60,925 nucleotides of DNA. Source: Phoronis australis (lineage: Eukaryota; Animalia; Phoronida). Numbering within the stretch: position 1 is the first letter of the stretch; each line of letters begins with the position of its first letter. The notes beneath the pieces are model-generated. The model ran no database searches and had not been told where the DNA came from. It saw only the letters and a program-made list of their open reading frames with translations. Shown piece after piece: positions 34,301 through 44,157 of this stretch. The stretch spans positions 332,698-393,622 of the forward strand of contig NMRA01000229.1 of assembly GCA_002633005.1 (NCBI GenBank), written 5' to 3'. The position numbers and the translations under genes are program-made.

Positions 34301-37300
34301 CCGATTTTATGAAAGTAAAAGTCCTAAAAAATTGATTTTTGTTTTTGGCCACATAATCGGCGCGAAATACAGATTTAACAACCCTTTTAACAGAAATTAT
34401 GGATTGATTAGACGCAATCCCTCTAACTCCTCTGTTAAGAACTCAAAATGATCGCTAAACGTCAGGGAACAGATTTTTTCAACGGGTCTTAAAATTGTTC
34501 TGCCATGGTATATATCTGGTGTTGAATTTTATATTGTCCGACATTGAACTAAGGTGTTGATCACGTGGCGTTTTACCAACATACTGCTCCTGTTTTTATT
34601 ATTGCTCACTCACTAAAACGCCATTGTTATTGTAGCAAGGAGTGCAATGTTTGTAACGTTCGTTTCGAACTGCGGTCACGATATGCTTGCGTGTTCTGAT
34701 TTAGCTGCTCCTCTCGTGATTCGTTTTGTCAGCGTGAGCCAGGTCTTCCAAATCAGTCAAGACTACTGAATTCCCCATGGCGAATTCCGGCTTGAGGATG
34801 CGTTCCGTAGACCAAAAGCGTTAGCTGTGTATTGCAGCGGTGCAAAATATTCCACAAATCATGAATTCTACCCATTCAACATTCCAACGTCACCAACCAA
34901 TCGGTTGCCGTTTTGCTATACGTGGATTACGCAAGTAAGGTATCAAGCATACGGGCGAAACACACTCCTTTCACTGGCGTGATTTTCTTTTTTCTAGCAA
35001 GAAAGTTGATGCATGGAACGCAACCTAATCAGTTTCATTGCCCGTTATCCTGGCAAAATGGTAACACTCCTGGGCTACGCTCCGTAGACGCAAAAATCTT
35101 GCGAGAACCTTTTAGTGAGAAATCATTGTCTATCGAACGAATTAGCAGGGACATGTACGACATAATTTTGCTGTCTACGACTGAGAACATTTGCCTTTTG
35201 TTCTTTTTTCTTCGTTTCTTGCGACTGCGGAACGCACCCCTCGTGATTGTTTCGACTGCAACCATTGGCATTGATCTATAGACGTGAATCATACATGTAC
35301 GTTTTGTTATGGCAAGAATGCTCATTCCTAATTGAGTCAAGAACGAAACCGTAATCTGTACTTCAAATATCGAATTAGTTAATTGCACATGACTATCATG
35401 ACTATAGTACTCTTCAAAAAGAGTGCTTTAAAGAGCTGTAAATGTAGACTGAAAATTGTTGTACGTGCATTTGCTTATTTAAAATGTCTTCTCCTACAGT
35501 GTAGAATAGGATACCAGAAATTAGCGAACTCGTTGACAAACCACCCGCTGTGAAGAAAGGGGGCAGTCTTGTGGCGCTGGATATACTTAATGATAAAGGG
35601 AAGCAGAGAACCTATTACTTTTACCCCTACCGATGTGATGCGAACACCACAGCCATGTGAGTTGAGTTGAGTTGAGCCGAGTTGAATTGCGTTCAGTGTG
35701 TCGCCAGGCACTATTCGTTGAAAGGGCAATCCCCACTTAAAGTAAACACACGCTATTCACAGAGAACAACATAAAAAAAAATCTCTACATGTGAAAGTCA
35801 GACAAATTTAATTTTTCTGAGGACTGTGACACGTCACGAGAATCGACTGTTATTCTCGAGAATTCTTAATGGGTTGAACTATCTTTGAAAAAGACATTAT
35901 ATGTTGTTTCTAGAAGGTAATATGCAACTTTTACCTTGATTTTTCACGCCCATGATACCGGCAAAATTGCAGAACTTGTTGCAGCACACTCGATCAGTCT
36001 TTTAAGACTGATCGAGTGCTTAAAAGCACCCATCTATAAAAAAGTTCATGCAGGGTTCTTGTGTTATTTCACGCAATGTTATGAATGACTGTCCCCCGCA
36101 CCAGGTAGCCGACAATTTCATATTTGGCGCTCCTCTGATGAATATTTCTGACAACGTTTCTAGTCCCACTCTTTTTTTTCTTTGGGGACTTTTACGTTTA
36201 CCATCATCTACTTAGGACAATTTCGGGGGATTTGGCACGATATAAAACAACTTCCAAGAGACCAAGTTTTGAATGAACTTCAGTTAAATTTACCGTTACA
36301 TATTCTACAAGTTAGCACCACCTACACTTGTACTCCTGCACTAGTTCATATTTCGTCGTCGTCAGGTGGGCTCTGTACTTGCAGTCATTGGACCAATATT
36401 TTGCAAAATAAAATAGACATACTTCCACAAAACTCTCGGAGACTTTGCCAAATTTGGATAAATCTCTTGCTGGAAGTTTCTTCAGTTAAGTCGAAGATTT
36501 TCCCAATAAAATAGTTTCTATCGAACTTTTGTCGGAAATTGATGGGAACGAACAAGTGATCATAAAGTTACATGTAGGTTGACCCATAAGAAAAATGTTT
36601 TTTTGGCGAATGCACCCTTGCTAAACTCGGGAACCCATAGTGGCTGACCTGGGTACAGTCTTTGTTTCGTTAGGAAATTTAAGCTGCTTACACTCCAATA
36701 CCGGAAAAGCAGTCTTGTTGTTTCGTGATTGTCTTCACCCATGTGTACTATACATCGCAACGCCTGCGTTCTGTTTTGATGCTCTTGGTAATCGGCAGCA
36801 CATGCATATACCGGGCCAATTACGTGTCTGATACCAGTCAGGGGTTATTCAACGTAATCGGAGGCTGCCAAGTAACAACTGGTGCCAGATCAGGTGGGAC
36901 CTGATACCACGGCCTCCAGAGAACGAGGGGTCACTTTATGTAACTTGGGTTTGAAACACGACATACATGACACTAAAAGGCAATGAGGGAAACTGTTGGG
37001 TGGAATTTTTATTTTAAAACTACTATGAACACTGAAATGTTAAACTGCAGCTGAATATTTCTCTGTTCAGGCGTTTGCATTTTCCTGCAGCTTCTAAACC
37101 ACGATATTTGACCCAAAAAGCAGGCAAACGAGGCAGTGTACGAGGTGTAGTTTCTTGATTTTAAAACTTTTCACTTAATGACAACACTACAGTATCAAGC
37201 TGGAGCTCAGTATTTCTCTGTTCAGACGTTTGCATTTTAAGTTCAGCAGCACAATAAAACGTCTCATTCGACAGTTCGACGAAGAAGTAAGTATAAAACG

Positions 37301-40300
37301 GCTTATCGCGTTAAAGCATGAATCACCAATGGAAATCACCAATACATTCAGAACTGTACGCAATGCTCTTATTTTAGGGACAGCTTTCAATTTTTGGGAT
37401 TATGTGTTCTAAAATGATAGAAATTTGCAGAATTACGCAAGCTTCACATGCCCGGAAACGAAGTCAGTTTCTGAAAGAAAGCCCCAGTGGTGTTATTCGG
37501 AACACGGCATATTTTATACCTTTCTAGAATCCCAAGAGTAATCCTGGGCATACTTGTAGAAAGGGCGTCCTGTAAACGGAAAATATTCATCATAACTGAG
37601 TCGCAATGAGTGTTTTCCTATTACAAATTCATCGGCACCATGGTTAAAACTGTGATATGAAACATCGAAATCAGCTGGCGCCTGACTGAATAAATCCTTG
37701 CTTGTGGTGTTACTGGCTGGAGGTTTATTCTGGGAAACCCTAAAAACTTGAGAAACTGAAATTGGGTCCATAAAGCAAAATTATTTTCGATCCTTTGCGA
37801 AAAGAAATTGGATTCTAATTCCGAATCATGAAAAGACTGCATGGGGAGACCTGGGTGTTATTGCTCAAGGTCGTGGAGCATAAAGTGGCTCTCTGAATCT
37901 GTCTTACGTGTCGAGCCTTGTCTGAAGCACACTCTCTCGACGAGAAACATGTTGTGTCCTTGTTTACAATGGCAAGTGATCTACAGCAACATATATTTTG
38001 TTAAAGGAGTTGTTTGCAGCAGCTTCAATATGCTTTAATTTTGTTTATCTAGGACGATATTTTGCTGATGGACTGGTTCGAGTTAAGTTTGATAAGTTTG
38101 AAAAATAGAATGTGGTTGAGGTTTTATTGCAAGATAAAGTAATAATGCACAATATAATTGTATATTAGGTATATAAAACTATTTTTTCTAACATACCCAA
38201 GATTGGTTACAAAAAACGCCATAAACATGCTCGAAATGAAGACACCAAATGTACCATGGAGAGATGGAGTACAACTTTACCACTATAAAATACTATAAAA
38301 CGGGAGGTAGGAGGGGGAAAACGAATCGTGAAGACTGTCCAGGAACACGACTTGATCGTCTGAGAGCTGACAAGTTAATGAAATTCAGTGAACCATCCGG
38401 ATGGAACAGAGAACTATTACATAAAAGACAGCTGTTAAGAAATAGATCACAGTGACCATATGCACAGAGACAAACAGCTGTAGAACGATGGACGTAGGAA
38501 AATATTCCCGATGCATACATTTCATTGAAATAAAATTTCATTTATTTCGCAGGATATTCGCCTACTCCAAATCGACGTGTACGTCATGGAAAACGGATAC
38601 CCAAGTGACCTGGGCTTGAACAGTCGAATACTGCCGTACGAGATGCAGATTGTGTTGAATTTTCACCTGAAGAAAATGGATAGCGTCCTCGCTAACTACT
38701 TTACTGTTCTATCTGACGACTCGAAGTAGGTTTGTTGTATGTCATTGCTGCTTATACTTAGTGCATTATATATTCAAACTTCCACTCTTATAGCCATTCC
38801 GGTGAGTGCAAAAATCGTTACCGTAACACTGAAATTGTATAGAAGTATTGATATTCGTTGAGGTGTTGATAACGGATGTAAGAAGACGAGCTTTGTCTTC
38901 GGTTGGCTTCCTTGTTATAAATAAGCGGATTGGGTGGGTCGCCCGGCGATTTTTGCCAGACAAATGACAAATGGCGCGGGCATGCCGTTTCGAGTGATAT
39001 TTTTTGATCTTGAGTTAGGGTCGTCATCCATGCGACATTCTAAATCTGGTAGCTAGTTTCGTCACCTTACCGTTGTAGACAATGCCTTAATAATCCCGTC
39101 AAAGAGTGCAAGAAGATTTCCCATTTGATATTTCGTCAAGCTTTCAGTCCGTGAAAAAAGCAAAGTGTGGACATTTTCTTTTCGCATAAGCAGTGTTGTG
39201 ACATCAAAAGCTTGCGCTCAATTGCAATCGTGAAAATAAATTGAGAACTACCTCTTGGCCGAAGCTATTCGACCGTACTGTTGATGCCAGTGCTATAGTG
39301 GTAAAATTAGAGGCAGGTGGGCGCCCAGAGCCCACCTTATCACCTTGAGCACTGAAAGCAACTTACGGTGAGTAGGCGCTGCGTTCAAATGCCAAAAGGT
39401 GGTTGGCTGCGACCACGTGCGCCTACTCCCCACTACAGCACTGTTACTGGCATGGAACTTGTCTAATTCCTTGTTTCAAACGGTGTCTTCATTGGGCGTT
39501 TCCTGCTAACATTCCTTCCCACTCGACACCAAAATCACATCCATTTTGCGACCAATTTCTTAATGGTGATTAGTCTAAACTTCGATCCTTGGTAACGAAA
39601 TCAGCCTTTGCATTTGGGATGTGAATTTACCCACAGACATGTATGTTTTCCTTGTAGGCACGCGATAAATGATGGAGTTCTTAGAACACGTGGAAATAAC
39701 GGCAGCTTTCAGGACATTAAGGTCAAGACTACATACTTTACCCGTAAGTTCATATCCGCACATGAGCACAAATTGGCCCGACTGCTCATTAGCGTTGCCA
39801 GTAGTATGCAACAGGCATAGCCAAACGTGAAGTTGGTGGCGAGGGTAGAGGATCTGAAGTGAATGGCAACCAGGAGGCATTTCATAATGAGCATTGGTGG
39901 TTATATAAAAGTTGAACGGAGCTTCCACCGGGCAGGGTTTGTTTGCAACGAGGGCCATGACCACGTAGCTCCCCCCATGCGCATGAGAATCTACGAAAAA
40001 TCTGGCATGAGTTGAACATGCCTTCGGGGACATTTGTAGCAGCGTGCTCTCACCTACTGGCGCTTCAAAATATGACCATGGCTTAACTCGGGCCATAGCG
40101 CGTTAAAACTGCGCTAGCAATAGAGACACCAATCCACAAAATTTAACTCGGGCACTTACATTTGGGGAATTTCACCTACGGTGGAGCTGACGTGATTTTC
40201 AAGTGCTTTCCGAAACGTTTGTCGGCTTGCATAATTCTGTTGACATTACTGAAAAGTTGGAGACGTGCATGTATGCACCCGGGGGGGGGGGCTCGGGGGC

Positions 40301-43300
40301 TCGAACGAGCCGCCCCCATTTGGCGAGGGGTCAAAAATGTTCGCCTCGGAGAAACAAGAAGTCCGAGAAAACGAGACAAAAGTCCCCCTAAAAAGGCACG
40401 AATGCACAATTCACAGCTGCGAACGTGGTACCCCGTTTTTGATTAGTCCCCCATTTTTTTGTTATAAAAGGTCCATATTTTCAAGAATTCGAGCCCCCGT
40501 ATATTTTAGGCTGGATGTGCACATGACGTGAGTTGCTTTGCGTAGACGCAAGAAGTTAGCAAGTGTTTACGTCCATATTTTACGACAACCGTCCTGCAAT
40601 GCATGCGAAAAAACGACGTTAGCGATGCTAATTGAACAATTGGCGTAGATGAATACTAACGGCGGATTTTATTCCAAATTGTACTTACTGGAGATGGCGA
40701 CCACCAAAGTTCACTCAAGTTCCTTCAGTCTCGAGAACAATTCGCGAGGTGCTGTGGGAGTCAAAGAAACGACAAAACCTAAATTCCGTTTTGAAATCGG
40801 CAGTCCAGTCAACGAATTTGAAGTTTTCGAGTAAAAGAGATATTCCATGAAATGGACCATCGCGGTGCAGTCGTGGGCGCATTTCAACGCTCTGTGTTGC
40901 CCATGATGATTCTTGAGTAATCAAAGTTCGAAGTAAAATTTAGTGGTCGCTTGCCCTGGTTCCATCGAGGCGTCCACGGCCAGATGAATGCGGAGTGTAG
41001 CGTATCTGGTCATTTCGAGTGTGAATATTATTTGGGGGATCGTTTTACCTGTGGCAATGCACATTCTTGGAAGGGATAGGCCTACGTGACCGCTCCGTTG
41101 CATTTTGTGGCCATGTATGTTGTGAAAGTACATATCCCAATTGTAAATTTAGGTATTAATTTGAGTCATTTTATCAATAGCGTAAATGTCGCTTTTAGAA
41201 TGTAGTGAGGGAATATCCCTTGACATCGCAGATAGCTTGTGGATGTGTTTCTTTACACTGCCGTGTACTGTTTTAGCTAGCGCTAGAAGCGACCGCCCCA
41301 CCCCCCCTCCCCCACATCAATTAAGCGTGAGGTTCAGCCTTTTCTTCGTTTATAGCGGCAAGAGGAACAGCATCAATATCTGCGAGAATTGCAAAGGCAA
41401 ACTGTAAATTTTTAGAGTAAAACTTATGCCACTAATTTTAGATTGTGAAAACGGCTGTAATTACACGCCGATTCAGGGCTTAAAACGGCGTTGTAGCACT
41501 TAACGTAATCAAAATGGTTTTGCTGTCGTAATGCACAGATTCGGTTGTAACTAATTTCACATGAATTTCTAACCAATTTCTACTGGACCGCAATTTCTAT
41601 TGTAAGCTGCAACACATTTTGGCTAATCCCTATACCCTTCCAGAATCATTTTATGTCTACCCTTCAGCCTTAAAATGTTTAAAACTACCCTTTACCTTGT
41701 TTTGGTAAGTGACTACACTTTCAGCATCGCTAAAACGTCCTCTATAATACGTGTGCTCCGTGTCTCAATCGCAAATTCAATATGCTAAAAACGGGAAAAT
41801 AGAAGAAGCACGACGTACATGTACAGTGTACATGTAAGGACGCACCCAATCTGTCACAGACATGCGCGTTTCTTGTGCAAACTTGTGCAATAGTGGAGTA
41901 TCTGCGATGTAAACTGAAAAGAGCCAAGCTCTGGTCCAATACTAAGATTGTCATGCCACCACAAATGCATTCTCGCACTATTCCTTAAAATATCGTATCA
42001 CGGTAAAACGATATCTGGCGAACACAGTGGAGGAAGATTGGTGCTGTGATTGGTTGTCCCGATTTTACGTAGCATGTTTCGACCAATAAATACTCGTAAT
42101 TTACTATCAGCTACTTAACATATCGTCAGATACCGTTTTAGGGTATTCTAATTTTACAGCTGATCGGCAGATGAAGTTGTTTGTTTTTGATATGAAATTT
42201 GCACACTTGAACAGAGTCTACATGAACTGTGCTGCCTTCAAGAAGATACAGATACCAAGTGAAGAATTATGTTCCTACTTTATTTACTGGGTCCCCTGAT
42301 GTATCTTTACACGTACTGGCCATGGTACTGCATTGAGTTAGACTGAGCAAAGCATGACTGACCGAAGCAAACTAGGGAGTCGAACATTGTAATAGCTTAA
42401 TTGCAGGGAATGTTGAACCACGATGCATTCCGGATGCAAAGATTGCAGATGCACCCCAGAGAACAGTAATTGAAGTGCAAATATGTATCCAAGTCAGAGG
42501 CTTCAAATTGAAAAGCCTGTTTGATGATTATTTAGAAACATTTATGGCAAACATTTCTTGGACACTCAAGTGGTGGGCTGGAGGTGGCGATAGGAAGGTC
42601 CGGATTTTATGAATTCTTTCTCAGGCAGGAGATGCACTGCCGACTACGAAAGAGCTGGAATATCTGCCGATATAACCAGTTACCTTTGTCATCAATCATC
42701 TGAATATTTGTAAAAATCTTTCCCCCGCTAAAACTTACTTTCCAGGGCCATGTTGCACAAACGTCAAATGGTGGATACCAATAATGCCTTCGCACTACAT
42801 AACGCGTCACGATGCTATTACTGAATACTGAACTATGTATATGCTTTCTTGCAACAATAAGAATAATACAGTTTTGTGTAACCCAATACTGGTTTATTTC
42901 AGTCAGGTAGACTTATTCTCCCATAATTTACATATTTATTCTAATCTTTTCAGAAACAAAACCGTCGGCGGGAGAAATCCATGCTGCTTGTCGGGACTGG
43001 CCCACCAGTCGTCTCCTCAAGGTCAACGAACCTTCAGTCCAGTTCAACTCGTCCATGCAGAAAACGAACTTCATCTCAGAGAATGCAACTCTCCCCTTTA
43101 TGCTCGACTCAAACCCCGATGTATGTAATCTGTCCACAAACATTATCTCGATTGTAAACAAAATCTAGAAGTTGTTTAAGGTTTGAAGGCATGAGTCAAG
43201 TTTACTCTCAGCAGTCTCTTGGTAGTATAAGATATACGGGGGTTGATTAGTTCAATCGCAATGTGTGGAAATGCCACACTTTACTGATTTTTCTTTAGGT

Positions 43301-43847
43301 TTTAGGTACGAAATTTGCAAACAGTAGGATAGTTTAACGCTTGTTAAAACTTAACTAACATTAATAGTTTCGAAAACGCATTAACAGTTAGTGCTTGTCC
43401 ACAATTACTTAATAATCTTCTATGGTTTTTGATCTTCAGAAAACAAGACAATGTATCGCTGAAAGGCAAAAAGCAGCAGACGAGAAGCGCCGTAAAGAGG
43501 AAAAAGAACGGAGAAAAGACGAAGCGTCTTTTCAAATCAGACGTCATGATTGGTCGGCGGAGAAAAAGCCAGTGTTTCGTGATTACCACCAACCAGAGCC
43601 AGTTTCCAGAGTCGCCGCCAAATCACCAAAAGGTGGCGGTAATGCCTTTATGAAGGAGCAGAGTAAAATGATGCAACAGCAGCAAAAATTTATAGAAAAG
43701 CAACAAAAGCGGATGTTCAAAGACTACCAAAAGAACATGGAGGAACAGATAATGGAGAATATCGACTTCGCAATTCAGCCAAATATAGAGATTCCCGGTG
43801 TCCAGGAGTGCTTTGGCGGGGCATATATCCTTGAAGGGTGTATGTAA
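31206..43847 (+). CDS. Gene C: multi-exon protein with two divergent PH-like domains and a C-terminal charged/Gln-Met-rich helical region; exons 31206(or 31066)..31348, 32685..32994, 33911..34038, 35505(or 35500)..35656, 37226..37286, 38553..38725, 39658..39743, 42954..43120, 43440..43847
   Basis: Chain of GT/AG-bounded exons with matching phases (0,1,0,2,0,2,1,0). PH-like motifs PWETYTFTLHENGVL...EIAEWTNAASK and VVFCATFIKAKR...CWGERFITICNDGYMRYH. The 5' end and the exon-4 acceptor are ambiguous. Confidence 0.7.
31409..31470. mobile_element. 62-bp mini-MITE (CATGGG...CCCATG); related inverted copies at ~15416-15553
   Basis: TIR CATGGGAGGCGC / GCGCCGCCCATG; flanks GATCA / CATCA; shared CAGTACTGAAA..AGTGGGG.CTATAGC core. 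Confidence 0.6.
32685..32994 (+). CDS. Gene C exon (end of PH-like 1, linker, start of PH-like 2)
   Basis: Acceptor TATGTTTTAG, donor AAC|GTGAGT; 310 nt open; contains the PH-type C-terminal helix Trp (EIAEWTNA). Confidence 0.8.
33911..34038 (+). CDS. Gene C exon (PH-like 2 beta strands)
   Basis: Acceptor TCTTCTTCAG, donor CGG|GTAAGT; phase 1->0; AAVTGCWGERFITICNDGYMRYHNKKGESPYKIWHIPSTVQR. Confidence 0.82.
35505..35656 (+). CDS. Gene C exon (PH-like 2, middle)
   Basis: IPEISELVDKPPAVKKGGSLVALDILNDKGKQRTYYFYPYRCDANTTA; donor CAT|GTGAGT; in frame only if the second AG (35503-35504) is used. Confidence 0.65.
37226..37286 (+). CDS. Gene C exon (RLHFKFSSTIKRLIRQFDEE)
   Basis: Acceptor TTTCTCTGTTCAG, donor GAA|GTAAGT; phase 2->0 fits both neighbours. 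Confidence 0.7.
38553..38725 (+). CDS. Gene C exon (DIRLLQIDVYVMENG...VLSDDS)
   Basis: Acceptor TTTATTTCGCAG, donor GAA|GTAGGT; 173 nt open, phase 0->2. Confidence 0.72.
39288..39443. mobile_element. Short hAT-like MITE
   Basis: TIR CAGTGCTATAGTGG / CCACTACAGCACTG (13/14); no clear target duplication. Confidence 0.5.
39658..39743 (+). CDS. Gene C exon (HAINDGVLRTRGNNGSFQDIKVKTTYFT)
   Basis: Acceptor TTTTCCTTGTAG, donor CCC|GTAAGT; supplies the required phase 2->1 change. Confidence 0.65.
40268..40525. mobile_element. MITE with CATGT termini and 5-bp target duplication ACGTG
   Basis: CATGTATGCACCCGG versus reverse complement of the right end CATGTGCACATCCAG; subterminal CGGGGGCTCGAA / TTCGAGCCCCCG; ACGTG on both flanks. 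Confidence 0.65.
42954..43120 (+). CDS. Gene C exon (TKPSAGEIHAACRDWPTSRLLKVNEP...DSNPD)
   Basis: Acceptor CTAATCTTTTCAG, donor GAT|GTATGT; frame chosen by phase compatibility (1->0). Confidence 0.65.
43440..43847 (+). CDS. Gene C terminal exon: coiled-coil/charged and Gln-Met-rich tail ending LEGCM*
   Basis: Acceptor TTTGATCTTCAG; 135 codons to TAA; protein-like composition (ERQKAADEKRRKEEKERRK; KMMQQQQKFIEKQQK). Confidence 0.8.
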   Translation, partial: KTRQCIAERQKAADEKRRKEEKERRKDEASFQIRRHDWSAEKKPVFRDYHQPEPVSRVAAKSPKGGGNAFMKEQSKMMQQQQKFIEKQQKRMFKDYQKNMEEQIMENIDFAIQPNIEIPGVQECFGGAYILEGCM

Positions 43848-43986
43848 AATGAACAGCACAGAGCTCTTGGTTACTACATGACTGAGAGGTGAAAAGCAGT
43901 CTTTGGGATTAAGAAATAATAATGTTGTTACTTCTGTGGCATTCCAAAGAAACCGTGGAACAAGAAGTTTCCAGCAACAGCTATGG

Positions 43987-43992
43987 AATAAA
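43987..43992 (+). terminator. Candidate polyadenylation signal of gene C
   Basis: AATAAA 140 bp after the stop codon. Confidence 0.5.
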
Positions 43993-44157
43993 GTAGTGTG
44001 CTTACAATAATTATGAACACGTGTACATGCAGATATATTTGTTCACGGAAATAACCTATTCATCTGTATAGCAATTTTTTTTCTCCAATAGAGTGCTGAT
44101 CAGAAAGAAAATAATGAAACTTAAACTAGGAAAAATATACAATGAAACGCTTAACAA

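Noticed and set aside
37514-38040. Minus-strand protein-like frames inside gene C
   Set aside because: Interrupted by stops, with no recognisable motif.
39575-40096. Longest tracked ORF (173 aa, minus strand)
   Set aside because: No motif; antisense to a phase-required gene C exon; composition looks like random translation.
42160-42258. Possible extra 99-nt phase-1 exon of gene C (DRQMKLFVFDMKFAHLNRVYMNCAAFKKIQIP)
   Set aside because: Good acceptor but weak donor (AA|GTGAAG), and not needed for frame; cannot be supported without RNA data.
43830-43847. C-terminal Cys of gene C as a prenylation signal
   Set aside because: Ends EGCM*; the Cys is at -2, not a CaaX, CC or CxC motif.
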